A stretch of 64,000 nucleotides of DNA, taken from the NCBI GenBank assembly GCA_963722255.1, contig CAVRJO010000002.1:576001-640000 (forward strand), written 5' to 3'. The notes beneath the pieces were generated by a model. The model saw nothing but the letters and a program-made list of their open reading frames with translations. It made no database searches and was not told the DNA's origin. The position numbers and the translations under genes were made by a program. The DNA comes from Candidatus Babeliales bacterium (GTDB lineage: Bacteria; Babelota; Babeliae; Babelales; JANWKD01). This document shows, in pieces, positions 40,383 to 51,304 of this stretch (within the stretch, counting starts at the first letter, position 1; the number at the start of each line of letters is the position of its first letter).

Positions 40383-42059
40383 TTACTTAATATCTTGATC
40401 AAGCACCAGGATATTTTTACCTTGAAAGGCAATACCAAGAGCCTTAATCTTCTTTATACCTAAAGCCTTTAATTCAGCGGCATACTCTTTTGTTATAACT
40501 TGTTCTAGCGCTCGTTGAGCAGCGATTTCTAACGTCTCTTTAAGATATGTGGAAACCTTCTTAAATTCTACAATGAAACCAAACTGATTTTTATCATGTG
40601 GAATCAGCATAATATCATACCTTCCATAGCCACTTTCTCGATTTGACTTAACATAATATGTATCTAATAACGTTACCAGTAAACCTAATACAAATAAATG
40701 GTAACTCTTTTCGGGTTCATCGTTGGGGAGATCAAACATACTTATGCTATTAATTACAAATTCTTGTAATAATTGTGAAAACAATGCAACATCGCCCTGC
40801 TTCAAAGCTTGTAACAATTGTTTATTAATTTCGGTTTTTAATGTTGCTTGAAAAATATCCTTAATAAGCATTCGATACAATAATCGTATCTCTTTATTAG
40901 GTATAATAAGATTACATGAAATAATACCTTCTTTAAGATCACAGGAAGTAAAAGTCAAATAACCACTGAATAAAAGAAGGCTCCAAACGGCTTGAGCATT
41001 GTTTTCTATACCAGGAAATAATAATGTTTCATCAATAACTTTTGTAATAGCTTGGTCATCTAATAATAACTCAAGATCAGTCTTAACTTCCACTCCAGAT
41101 GAAGCAATAATCTTCTTTATGATTTGGTTATCACTGGTATTAACCCAATAAGGCAGAAGCGCACCTTCTTCACTCATACACATAAGCAAAGACCATGGAT
41201 TATACATACGCATAGAACCAAACGTATATCCATTGTACCATTCTTGTATTTCAGGCAAACTTTCACTTAAATCATAATCGCTTACTAATTGTGTTACTTC
41301 TTGTTGCGTAAATCCAAATTTATCTTGAAACGTCTTATTGAGTAATGAATACACTTTGAGATTATTGAGCCCTGAAAAAATACCTTCTTTTGCCGTTCGT
41401 AAAATACCCGTTAATATTCCACGCTTTAAATAGGTATTATCCTTTAAAACTGAGGTTAAAAGCGAACGCATAAATTGCGTAACTTGCTTGTAATAATCAT
41501 GAGCATAGCCCGCATGAATTGGCGCATCGTATTCATCGATTAATATTAGAACTTTTTCATTATATGCTTCATACAGTAGTTTGCTTAAAAAAGATAAACT
41601 TTCGTGATAAGCAACTTCATCAGCACGCCTTTCAATGATAGCCCTATAGTAATTTCGCTGATGTTCTGAAAGTTTTTTTTCTAAAACTGCTTGATGATAT
41701 TCAAATGTTTTAGAAATAATTGATACAAGTTTTTTATAACAATTTTCCCAATTTTCTTCTTTAACATCTTTAAAGGTCAATGAAATAACAGGAAGCGTAC
41801 CTTGCAATTTTCTATATTCTTCATGCTGCCAAATAGCAGTTTTAGCAAAAAGAGCACTAGTATCTGCTTCAGTTTTTTCAAAAAAATATTTAACCATTGA
41901 AAGATTAAGCGTTTTACCAAATCTTCGTGGACGAGGAATTAAAATGACCGAACCAGTGCTTTCATGAAGCTCTTTAATTAAAAGCGTTTTATCAACATAA
42001 TAATAATCTTCATTAATAATTTCTTTAAAATCACTAATCCCAATGGGTATATTTTTCAT
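40383..42059 (-). CDS. AAA-ATPase-like protein with C-terminal PD-(D/E)XK nuclease
   Basis: YYYVDKT, RPRRFGKT, LIDEYD, WYNGY, SNRESGYGRYDI, IVEFK. Confidence 0.93.
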   Translation of the reverse strand: MKNIPIGISDFKEIINEDYYYVDKTLLIKELHESTGSVILIPRPRRFGKTLNLSMVKYFFEKTEADTSALFAKTAIWQHEEYRKLQGTLPVISLTFKDVKEENWENCYKKLVSIISKTFEYHQAVLEKKLSEHQRNYYRAIIERRADEVAYHESLSFLSKLLYEAYNEKVLILIDEYDAPIHAGYAHDYYKQVTQFMRSLLTSVLKDNTYLKRGILTGILRTAKEGIFSGLNNLKVYSLLNKTFQDKFGFTQQEVTQLVSDYDLSESLPEIQEWYNGYTFGSMRMYNPWSLLMCMSEEGALLPYWVNTSDNQIIKKIIASSGVEVKTDLELLLDDQAITKVIDETLLFPGIENNAQAVWSLLLFSGYLTFTSCDLKEGIISCNLIIPNKEIRLLYRMLIKDIFQATLKTEINKQLLQALKQGDVALFSQLLQEFVINSISMFDLPNDEPEKSYHLFVLGLLVTLLDTYYVKSNRESGYGRYDIMLIPHDKNQFGFIVEFKKVSTYLKETLEIAAQRALEQVITKEYAAELKALGIKKIKALGIAFQGKNILVLDQDIK

Positions 42060-42274
42060 GATCCACTCAACTTAATCGATTTCAGATTTGTTACTATGTA
42101 TAGTATACCATGGGATTGGGCACAAACAATCAAGGAAATTGCAGAGCTGTAAATAAGATCCCCTTAAAAAAACAGGCTCGATACCACTCTTCCCTTTCAT
42201 AATATTTGACAAAAAATATATTCGGCTATAACTATTTAAAATAATAAATGGAATTAGCTGTAAACCGTCTTCCC

Positions 42275-43927
42275 TTATTTTAATGAATTCCACTGCTGCA
42301 AACATTTTTGATACTTAGTTTTATCATTTGAGATTGAACAAAAGTTAATTGCTTGTTGAAGCATTGCATATGCAGCCTTCGTATCACCTTTTTTATGCAT
42401 GGTTTTAGCCAAATGATACAACACTGAAGCATCTTGTGGCATTTTCTTTGTAAGCGCCGTTAAAAGCTTATATGCTTCATCGTATTTTTTCTGTTTATAT
42501 AAAATCAATGCACGAGTTTCTATAAAATGAGGATTTTTATCCTTTTTCAAAACAGCAGTTATAAGCGATTCAGCTTCTTGTATATTGTTACCTTTGGTCG
42601 CATAGTAGTATGCAAGGAGATTTAATAAGGGTGGATAATCTTGATTAAGTTTTTTGCCCTCAAGCAATGTAGTAAGCATTTTATTCCATTCTTTATTTTC
42701 AAAATACAATGCAGACAACTGATATAAAACTCTTGTTTTAACAAGAGTATCGTGAGCTTTTTCTGCTGCTTTCGTAAGATACACTATAGCATTTTTTGTA
42801 TCCTGAAGCCTTAAATAGATGTCGGCTTTATAGAGCAGAGGCAATACTAAACTACTATCTTTTTTTTCCACAGATGAAAATAGAGTTAATGTACGCGAAC
42901 TTGGAACACCGGCTTTATATAATAAATGTGCAGTTCTATACCACGTATCATTCGTGAAATCAGTCTCTATTTTTTTTTGAAGATATAAAAGTGCTTCATC
43001 AACTTTATTAATTTTGCATAAGATTTCAATGGTAAGCAAACAAGTTGGTACATGCGTCTCTTTTTGAGGATCGGCCGATATAATTTGTAATGCTTTTTGA
43101 TACTCTTTAGCAGTGTACGCTTCAAGCGCTTCTTTAAAAAGTTGGTTTCCTGATTGATTCATCATCTGCTGTCTAACTTGTAATTGCATAATTTGACGTT
43201 CAAGCAAAGGATTTGGCCCTAAAAGCTTTAAGGTACTTTGGTAATTATGAACTGCTTCTTCAAGGTTGCCCGAAAGTTCATTAATAAGACCCAATAATAA
43301 CCAGCCTTGATCAAATCCTGGTGAAAGCTCTAAGCATTTTTTAACATTGATTGTTGCAAGTTGGTAATTGCCGACTCTTGAATAAATCTGGGCTTTTAAA
43401 AAATAAAAAATGAAATTTTTTGATGTATTGATTGCATTTTGTAAATAAGTATCTATACATTCTAAAGCTTGTGAAAAACGATTATTTTCAGCATGCATAG
43501 AAGCAGCATAGAAATTAATTTCAGGATTTTCTGGATGATTTTTACTCAATGCAGTTAAACGGTTAATTGCTTCATTTGTTTTGTTAAGTGCTTGAAACGC
43601 ATTAATTATTATCATATCCGTTTGTACATCATTTTTTTTATGTGCCTCAATCGAGGGAATTAATTTTAGTATAGTTTCAAACTGTTCTGTTTGAGATAAA
43701 TGAAATAATAAACCCGAATAGATATGAGCGGTATTATGGTTCTTTAAAAGATAATCATAATATCGCTTTGCTTGATTACTATTTTTTTCCAACTGATTAT
43801 AGTGCGCTAAAAAATAAAACTGATACTTTTCTGAAGAAGAAGTTATGGCGGTTATAAAAGCGCAATAGAAGATGCAAACAAAGATACAAACTATTTTTTT
43901 TAAATTGTTCATTATATCCCTTACCAA
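42275..43927 (-). CDS. Exported TPR-repeat protein
   Basis: Multiple TPR-like helices; LNLLAY, FIETRA..LYK. Confidence 0.85.
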   Translation of the reverse strand: MVRDIMNNLKKIVCIFVCIFYCAFITAITSSSEKYQFYFLAHYNQLEKNSNQAKRYYDYLLKNHNTAHIYSGLLFHLSQTEQFETILKLIPSIEAHKKNDVQTDMIIINAFQALNKTNEAINRLTALSKNHPENPEINFYAASMHAENNRFSQALECIDTYLQNAINTSKNFIFYFLKAQIYSRVGNYQLATINVKKCLELSPGFDQGWLLLGLINELSGNLEEAVHNYQSTLKLLGPNPLLERQIMQLQVRQQMMNQSGNQLFKEALEAYTAKEYQKALQIISADPQKETHVPTCLLTIEILCKINKVDEALLYLQKKIETDFTNDTWYRTAHLLYKAGVPSSRTLTLFSSVEKKDSSLVLPLLYKADIYLRLQDTKNAIVYLTKAAEKAHDTLVKTRVLYQLSALYFENKEWNKMLTTLLEGKKLNQDYPPLLNLLAYYYATKGNNIQEAESLITAVLKKDKNPHFIETRALILYKQKKYDEAYKLLTALTKKMPQDASVLYHLAKTMHKKGDTKAAYAMLQQAINFCSISNDKTKYQKCLQQWNSLK

Positions 43928-44018
43928 TCTAGCTAAGTCCCATTTTTATAATGGTACTATTTCATGAGTAAATTAAGCTAGAGTTCAAGGCATTAATAGT
44001 TTATAAAGTTTCAGAATG

Positions 44019-44459
44019 TCACAAATTTTGGTTTGTATAATGACAGCGCGCAAGAAACCTTTTTAAAGCATATTGAAGGTGCTCATCTTCTATTCTCTCA
44101 AGAGCTTTTTTCTGTTTGGTTGTTAGGGTTATTTCTTGAAAAACCACCTGTTGCTGTAACGATTTAATCAGACTATTTTTTTTTATGCGCGGGGTACATT
44201 TAAATCGCAATTGTTTCACATAAGGATACTCAAGATGCTGATTAATTTTTTTTATTAAAATATCAGAAAGGCAGTGTAATTCTTGCATCCAACTGGCATT
44301 TGAAACACTCAAAATTAAGGTATCTTTCTGTATTTTCTCAAGACGTACCTGAAAATTGAGTTCACCGATAATCACATCCCATTTTTGAAACAAATATAAT
44401 TTCCAAGAATCTGGTTTAGGTAAAATGGTTGAAAGTAAATCTTTAATTGGTTTTGCCAT
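44019..44459 (-). CDS. dciA: DciA (DUF721) helicase-loader-like protein
   Basis: WDVIIG..L.LSVSNASWMQEL..IKKIN..VKQLRF. Confidence 0.8.
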   Translation of the reverse strand: MAKPIKDLLSTILPKPDSWKLYLFQKWDVIIGELNFQVRLEKIQKDTLILSVSNASWMQELHCLSDILIKKINQHLEYPYVKQLRFKCTPRIKKNSLIKSLQQQVVFQEITLTTKQKKALERIEDEHLQYALKRFLARCHYTNQNL

Positions 44460-44573
44460 AACGATTATTATTTATGCACTAACTACAGTTCTGTGAGAAC
44501 ATTGACAATCTACTGTTATTTCATATACCACTAACAATAACTATATTTTCAACAAGATCAAGGTAAAAAGACA

Positions 44574-47114
44574 ATGGATATTGTATCATACAGTCAAATG
44601 ACTTTTGAGCAGCTGTTTACCACCTTAAAAACATCTCGACAAGGATTATCAAACTCTGAAGCAAAGAAGCGGCTTGAAGAATACGGTCTTAATAGAATTG
44701 AAAAAAATCGCTTTCTCTTGCTTGATTTTCTTAGTAAAAATCTTAATTCCTACTTCATCTATTTATTAGCTGGAGCTTCGCTTGTTTCACTCGCATTAGG
44801 CAACTATTTTGAAGGAATAATGATTCTTGTTTTTACTTTTATAAATATTTCCTTAGGATTTTATCAAGAATATAAAGCACATAAAGCTTCTGAGCTACTT
44901 AGCCGCTATTTAGTATCACAAATTGAAGTTATCAGAGAAGGAAGAGTTCTACTGGTTGATGCAGTTTCACTTGTGCCAGGCGACATTATTCTTGTTAACC
45001 AAGGAACAATAATTCCCGCAGACATGCGCTTTATCCAAACCTCTAATCTTATGGTTGACGAATCGAATATAACTGGAGAATCTGTTCCCATTGCGAAAAA
45101 TTCTGCACCATTAACATCTGACAACATTGCATTATATGAAGCAACTAATTTGGGCTTTTCTGGAACCACGGTTGTTTCAGGAACAGGCATGGGTGTGGTA
45201 ATTGCAGTTGGGAAATCAACAATTTCAGGTTCATTATCATCACTCACTAAGAATATTATTAAAGAAAGTATCTTTGCACGCGAAATAAATCAATTTAGTA
45301 AATATATAATGATTTTAGTAATTTGCACGTTACTCCTTATTTTTTTTATAAATCTTTTGATAAAAGGATCTCAAGCAGATATTTTTCAATTGCTTCTTTT
45401 TTCAATCGCTTTAGCGGTTGGTATAACGCCAGAAGCCTTACCTCTTGTCATTACATTTTGTTTATCACGCGGAGCATTACATCTTGCACATAATAAAGTA
45501 ATTGTGACACGTCTTGCAGCAATAGAAGATTTGGGAAGCATCGATGTCTTATGCTCAGATAAGACAGGAACATTGACTGAAAATAAACTTGAAGTAGCAC
45601 AAATATTTGGTGAAGATAAGCAAAAAATTTTACTGTACGCAAATTTAGCAGGCTCTAGAAACGTGACTCAATCAATACGGTTAATAAATCCAATTGATAA
45701 TGCATTATGGACAGCCTTAGATCCAAAGATGCAAGAAAAATTCCTTGAGTATGAGAAACAATATGAACAAAGTTTTGATTATCAACGTCTACGTAATGAT
45801 GTCATTGTTCAAACCAATACTACAACTATATTAATTGTTCGTGGCGTTATTGATACCATATTAGATCTTTGTATACCCGATACAAAAGACAAATTACAAG
45901 CATGGGCTCAGGAACAAGAAAAAAAAGGTAACCGAGTCATTCTTATTGCTTACAAACAGTTGGAAAACGGTAAAAATTATGCACAAGTCATTGAGCATGA
46001 ACGCGACTTAACCTGTATTGGCTTGATATCATTTTTTGATCCTATTAAAAAAGATGCCAAACAAGCCTTTGTTGCAGCAGAAAGATTGGGAATTTCATTA
46101 AAAATTTTAACAGGAGATTCTGCACAAGTCGCAGGAGCTATAGGTTATGAAATTGGGCTTATTGATAATCCAGAAAAAGTAATAACGGGAACAGCATTAC
46201 AAGCGATGAATAAGCAAGAAAAAAAACAAGCTATTTATGCCAATACAATTTTTGCTCGAATTCAACCTGAACAGAAATTTGAGATCATAGATATTTTACA
46301 AGAAAATCATCAAGTAGGTTATTTAGGCGATGGTATTAATGATTTACCTGCTCTTAAAAAAGCAAATGTTGCCATCGTCGTACAAGGTGCAGCTGATACT
46401 GCGCGAGATGCGGCTGATATCATCTTATTAAAAAAAAGTTTAAACAATATTATTAATGGCATATATGAAGGAAGAGTTATTTATGCAAATACCATTAAAT
46501 ATATAAAAATGGAACTTGCTTCGATTTTTGGTAATTTTTATTCTATTGCAGTAGCATCACTCTTTATTAATTTTTTACCTTTATTACCACTACAAATATT
46601 ATTAATCAACGTTTTAGCCGATTTTCCAATGATATCTTTGGCAACAGACAGTGTTGATAAAGATGAGATAAGAACCCCCAAAAGCTATTCTTTTAGAGAT
46701 ATCCTTATTTTCAGCACCATTTTAGGATTAATTAGTTCATTATTTGATTTTATAACATTCGCTCTCTTTTATAGAATGTCACCAAAAATATTACAAACAA
46801 ATTTATTCATCGAAAATATGCTTACTGCGTTAATCCTAATTTTTTCAATTAGGACACGAAAATTTTTTATACGAGCAAAATCTCCTTCATTGAGTTTATT
46901 GTTCTTATCAATTCTCATAGCATGTGTCAGTATATTCTTACCCTTCACCAAAATTGGTAAATCCCTATTCTCATTTACAACACCAAATAGCTCTCATGTT
47001 GCAATTATAGTAGCTTTGACCATACTATACCTAGGTATTTCTGAAGCCGCAAAAATAGGTTTTTACTATTTTTTAAACAATAAAAATCATAAAAATAATC
47101 ATCAAATGCAGTGA
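44574..47114 (+). CDS. P-type ATPase, MgtA-like (type IIIB) probable
   Basis: TGES, AVGITPEALP, DKTGTLT, TGD, GDGIND. Confidence 0.9.
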   Translation: MDIVSYSQMTFEQLFTTLKTSRQGLSNSEAKKRLEEYGLNRIEKNRFLLLDFLSKNLNSYFIYLLAGASLVSLALGNYFEGIMILVFTFINISLGFYQEYKAHKASELLSRYLVSQIEVIREGRVLLVDAVSLVPGDIILVNQGTIIPADMRFIQTSNLMVDESNITGESVPIAKNSAPLTSDNIALYEATNLGFSGTTVVSGTGMGVVIAVGKSTISGSLSSLTKNIIKESIFAREINQFSKYIMILVICTLLLIFFINLLIKGSQADIFQLLLFSIALAVGITPEALPLVITFCLSRGALHLAHNKVIVTRLAAIEDLGSIDVLCSDKTGTLTENKLEVAQIFGEDKQKILLYANLAGSRNVTQSIRLINPIDNALWTALDPKMQEKFLEYEKQYEQSFDYQRLRNDVIVQTNTTTILIVRGVIDTILDLCIPDTKDKLQAWAQEQEKKGNRVILIAYKQLENGKNYAQVIEHERDLTCIGLISFFDPIKKDAKQAFVAAERLGISLKILTGDSAQVAGAIGYEIGLIDNPEKVITGTALQAMNKQEKKQAIYANTIFARIQPEQKFEIIDILQENHQVGYLGDGINDLPALKKANVAIVVQGAADTARDAADIILLKKSLNNIINGIYEGRVIYANTIKYIKMELASIFGNFYSIAVASLFINFLPLLPLQILLINVLADFPMISLATDSVDKDEIRTPKSYSFRDILIFSTILGLISSLFDFITFALFYRMSPKILQTNLFIENMLTALILIFSIRTRKFFIRAKSPSLSLLFLSILIACVSIFLPFTKIGKSLFSFTTPNSSHVAIIVALTILYLGISEAAKIGFYYFLNNKNHKNNHQMQ

Positions 47115-47279
47115 GCTGACTCATATAATACTCTTACCTCAACTTTTCTTACTCAAAGAATTACTGCCCTATACGCATTTGATATTAGATAAAAAAATAT
47201 GTATAGTATATAATGAATAAAGTAAATAATTGCTTGTTAGTCAATTTTAACAACGCTCATTAAAATTTTTAGGAACATT

Positions 47280-47501
47280 ATGAAAAAAACCAACCTTATT
47301 ATAGTTTTTATGAGTTCAATTGTTATGTGCAAAGGCATGCAGATACAAACAGAAGATGAGCGAAGAGTAGCCCGTGCAGCTGTTTTCTATGTAGATTCTC
47401 CCTGCGGCGGTAATCGAATTATACCTCAGGAAGATCAACGACCTGAACCTAATGTTACTACAGAAAATCCACACCTACAACAATTTTATCAATATCGATA
47501 A
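47280..47501 (+). CDS. Small secreted protein
   Basis: AGGA RBS; signal peptide ending CKG-MQ. Confidence 0.65.
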   Translation: MKKTNLIIVFMSSIVMCKGMQIQTEDERRVARAAVFYVDSPCGGNRIIPQEDQRPEPNVTTENPHLQQFYQYR

Positions 47502-47534
47502 CCAAACTAATTTTTTTAAATAATTAAGGCTCGT

Positions 47535-47808
47535 ATGAACTCAATCCAGGTTTTTGCCCTTTTTGTTTCTCTTTTTTTATACTACAACTATTCTTACTAT
47601 GCACCACAGTCATGCTCAACTCACAGATGCTCAAAAAGCTGCGGTTTTCTTCTTACAGCTTCCTAATTCACATGGTGACTTTGAAGAACCTTCAAATAAT
47701 AATAGGCAAATTCATCCGCATATTCAAAATGGATTATTACCCTACGTGCCTTATGGAACGCAAGAATATTCTGATAAGTATGATTATCTAAGACCCCCTA
47801 GACACTAA
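47535..47808 (+). CDS. Small secreted protein, paralog-like to 47280; probable T-run frameshift near 47575
   Basis: ATG at 47535 (MNSIQVFALFVSLF) joins the 47554 frame; shared AAVF motif. Confidence 0.5.
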
Positions 47809-47932
47809 TCTTTAATGCATTACTATTTTGACCTAACTTTTTTAATCTAGAATATTAATGAACATCAGATATACTGATTGATGAAAAGTTCGAATAAAAA
47901 AGGTTAATGAATTTGAAACAAACAAAATATCT

Positions 47933-48385
47933 ATGCGGTATTGCATGAAAGATTTTGAGCTTATTGAACATACGGCAGACTTAAAAATACGGGTATTTGG
48001 AAAAACGCTCCAAGAACTTTTTGTTAATGCACTTAAAGGCATGTTTCAATCAATACACCCAAAAGCATCTCGATGCATGTATGAAAATGATCGGCTCATT
48101 TGCCCTTCCTTGCCTAAGGAGCATACTCTTACAATCAAATCTATTGATCAAGTATCCCTTCTTGTTGATTTTTTATCAGAAGCATTGTATTTATCCGATA
48201 CGAACAATGAAGCATATCTTGATGCAAAAATTACCCATCTTAATGAACAGCATTTAGAAGCCAAGATTTTTGGAATTGCGATTGATGGTTTTGATGTTGT
48301 AGAAATTAAAGCGGTAACGTATCATGATCTAGAATTTAAACAGATTAATGGTCTGTGGCAAACTGATATTGTATTTGATATTTAA
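47933..48385 (+). CDS. Archease
   Basis: EHTADL, LVDFLSE, EIKAVTYH, C-terminal VFDI. Confidence 0.95.
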   Translation: MRYCMKDFELIEHTADLKIRVFGKTLQELFVNALKGMFQSIHPKASRCMYENDRLICPSLPKEHTLTIKSIDQVSLLVDFLSEALYLSDTNNEAYLDAKITHLNEQHLEAKIFGIAIDGFDVVEIKAVTYHDLEFKQINGLWQTDIVFDI

Positions 48386-48399
48386 AAAAAGAGTTTATA

Positions 48400-49857
48400 A
48401 TGAATAGTCCCGTACGCAAAGAAGATTTAATCAAAATAGACGAGAGCTGTTATGAAATACCCAAAACATTTCGTCAGGATATGCGCGTTCCAGCGCGAGT
48501 ATTTGTTAATGAGCTATTACTTGATGAAATCCTAAAAGATCGTTCTTTGGGGCAACTTGTTAACGTTGCAACACTTCCCGGAATAGTTGAACATGCATTA
48601 GCTATGCCCGATATTCATGAAGGATATGGATTTCCTATCGGAGGAGTGGCAGCAACATCAATTCATGATGGCGGAGTCATCTCTCCAGGAGGAATCGGCT
48701 ATGATATCAATTGTGGTGTTCGTTTATTACGTGCTGACATTTCAATTTCTGAAATTAAACCCCTCTTACAAAAAGTTGCCGATGAAATTTTTCAGGCGAT
48801 ACCCTCCGGTGTTGGCCGTGGTGGAACAGTAAAAATAACGCATAAAGAAATTGATAAACTCTTAATTCAAGGCATCGATTATTTCCTTGAGCGAGATATT
48901 GGAACAACTTCAGATAAGGAATTCTGCGAAGAAAATGGACGTATGAAAAATGCGGATGCTGCATGCGTTTCTGATCATGCAAAAAAACGCGGACTTGACC
49001 AATTGGGAACTTTGGGATCAGGTAATCATTTTCTTGAAATTCAATATGTTGATACGATTTTTGATACAAAAACTGCATCAATTTTTGGTCTTTCTGAAGG
49101 CATGGTCACCGTTATGATTCATTGCGGCTCTCGCGGTTTGGGCCATCAAGTTTGCACCGATTATGTTCGTTCATTTATGCCACATTTGGCACGATGGGGC
49201 ATTGTGCTACCTGATAGAGAGTTAGTATGCGCTCCATTTTTAAGCGATGAAGGACAAAATTATTTTAAAGCTATGCAAGCAGCTGCAAATTTCGCTTGGG
49301 CAAATCGTCATATGATTGCTCATAATACTCGCCAAGCATGGCATAAAGTTTTTGGCACACAAGCATCACTTACCATGATGTATGATGTTTCTCATAATAT
49401 GGGAAAACAAGAAATACATAGAGTTAATGGTAAAAATATAGAACTATTGGTACACAGAAAAGGCGCAACACGTTCATTCGGTCCGAGTCGTTTAGAAATT
49501 CCTGAGTATTATCGGCCTTACGGACAACCTGTACTTATTCCCGGCACTATGGGAACAGCCTCTTATGTTTTAGCTGGTGACCTGCAGGGAATGGAAGTGG
49601 CATTTGGATCATCATGTCATGGCGCTGGCAGAAAAATGTCTCGCATGCAGGCAAAGAAGCATGTTCGAGGTTCAACATTGCGCCAAACGCTCGAACAACA
49701 AGGGATTGTTATTTGTTGTGATTCCGATCCCGGTTTAGCCGAAGAAGCACCTGAGGCATATAAAGATGTTGAAGAAGTTGTTTCAGTCGTTCAAAATGCA
49801 CATCTTGCACATAAAGTTGCACGGCTAAAACCATTAGCCGTTATAAAAGGCGGCTAA
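48400..49857 (+). CDS. rtcB: RNA 3'-phosphate ligase RtcB
   Basis: MPDIHEGYGFPIGG, DINCG, GSGNHF, HCGSRG, HN, HRKGAT, HGAGR, AYKD. Confidence 0.97.
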   Translation: MNSPVRKEDLIKIDESCYEIPKTFRQDMRVPARVFVNELLLDEILKDRSLGQLVNVATLPGIVEHALAMPDIHEGYGFPIGGVAATSIHDGGVISPGGIGYDINCGVRLLRADISISEIKPLLQKVADEIFQAIPSGVGRGGTVKITHKEIDKLLIQGIDYFLERDIGTTSDKEFCEENGRMKNADAACVSDHAKKRGLDQLGTLGSGNHFLEIQYVDTIFDTKTASIFGLSEGMVTVMIHCGSRGLGHQVCTDYVRSFMPHLARWGIVLPDRELVCAPFLSDEGQNYFKAMQAAANFAWANRHMIAHNTRQAWHKVFGTQASLTMMYDVSHNMGKQEIHRVNGKNIELLVHRKGATRSFGPSRLEIPEYYRPYGQPVLIPGTMGTASYVLAGDLQGMEVAFGSSCHGAGRKMSRMQAKKHVRGSTLRQTLEQQGIVICCDSDPGLAEEAPEAYKDVEEVVSVVQNAHLAHKVARLKPLAVIKGG

Positions 49858-50587
49858 TAATTGATCTGCAAAAATAGATTTTTCAAAAAAATTTTGGCAC
49901 TGCCCGGCATTAGAGGTTTTTCTAATGCACGTTTCAAATAGTCTATGTGACTTATGATGGCATCAGCTGCCATTTCGTCTTCTATCACTTTGTCATAGAG
50001 AGCACACCAGTAAGCAATAGTTTCATTAAGAGTCGCCGCTACTATCTGTTCATTGAGATTAGTTTTTTCCAATATTTGCATAAAAAGCTCAGGATCATCT
50101 TTTTTTTAGTAAAAAAAGGAACTAAATCATAGCTTTCTGTATTCGATTCAGTTTTCTCAGCATAGATAATTGAACAACGGGATCGTAAAGTGGGTGCAAC
50201 TAGTTGAAGAAGTTGTGCTAAAAAAATTATATGATACCCGTGGGGAGGTTCTTCTATCGATTTTAATAAACTATTACTACATGCATGTGATAAATAGTCA
50301 GCATTCTGAAAAATAAAGTAAAACCGTTCATTAGGCATTAATGAACGCGAAATGGTACTAAAAAATGGCTTTAAAGTATCAAGCGTATAGTTTCCTGTAG
50401 GATTAAACCACATACACCCATGATATTGTCGTTGTCGTATTTGCAAACAAATAATGCAGGTAGAACAACCGCTATATTTACAAAAAACTTTTTGTAAATA
50501 TAGTTCAACATCATGCACCACTTGTGATGGCAAACCAATCCATAACTGAGCAGGCGTCTTAGAACTATGGTGCATAGTAGTGCTCAC
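49854..50587 (-). CDS. holB: DNA polymerase III delta-prime-like subunit, split by a frameshift at an A8 run
   Basis: CSTCIIC zinc motif, SNSLLKSIEEPP, TLRSRC; follows tmk; C-terminus in ORF 49854-50081. Confidence 0.75.
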
Positions 50588-51212
50588 ATTCTAAAAGGAT
50601 AGAGTCGATTTTTTTGAAAGCGTCCCTCATCACCGCCTCTTGCGTTTGTTGGCCATCAACAACAAGAACATCCGTTCGGTCTTTATAAAGCATAGTAAAT
50701 CCTTCAATAACTTTTTGAAAAAAATCAAGATCCTTTTCAAAATTAGTTAATGATTGATTTCTCAACCGTAAGCGCTCGACCGCTGTTTCAATCGGAACTT
50801 TTACATAGAGAGTAAGTGTTGGTTTTATATCTTTCATAACCCAACTATTAGTAGTTTCTATCACTGCACGATTAAGCCCTCGTGCATATCCTTGATAAAC
50901 AATAGAAGAATCCGCAAGTCTATCTGAAATAACAAGTTTATTGCTCGCAAGAGCAGGAATAATAGATTCATGAAAATGCTGAGCTCGATCAGCAGCAAAT
51001 AAAAGAAATTCTGCTTCGGGGCATGTTGCTATCTGCTGCTCTTGTAAATGGGATCGCAGAAAAGCACCCAAAGGTGACCCACCTGGCTCTTTCGTGAGCA
51101 TTGTAGTATAATGAGCGCTATAATAATTAAAAAGATTTCGCGCGAGGGTTGACTTGCCTGAACCATCAACACCTTCAACAGCTAATAATATTCCATGCTT
51201 AAGCGATTTCAT
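50565..51212 (-). CDS. tmk: Thymidylate kinase
   Basis: EGVDGSGKST, KEPGG, ADRAQH, SDR..SS.VYQG. Confidence 0.96.
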   Translation of the reverse strand: MKSLKHGILLAVEGVDGSGKSTLARNLFNYYSAHYTTMLTKEPGGSPLGAFLRSHLQEQQIATCPEAEFLLFAADRAQHFHESIIPALASNKLVISDRLADSSIVYQGYARGLNRAVIETTNSWVMKDIKPTLTLYVKVPIETAVERLRLRNQSLTNFEKDLDFFQKVIEGFTMLYKDRTDVLVVDGQQTQEAVMRDAFKKIDSILLECEHYYAP

Positions 51213-51304
51213 GCCTGTCCTCTATACCATACTAATGATTTATGATAAGTATATCATAATAAGACATGTATCGTAATAGCGCCGTTATTTTGAAAGTAAC
51301 TTGA

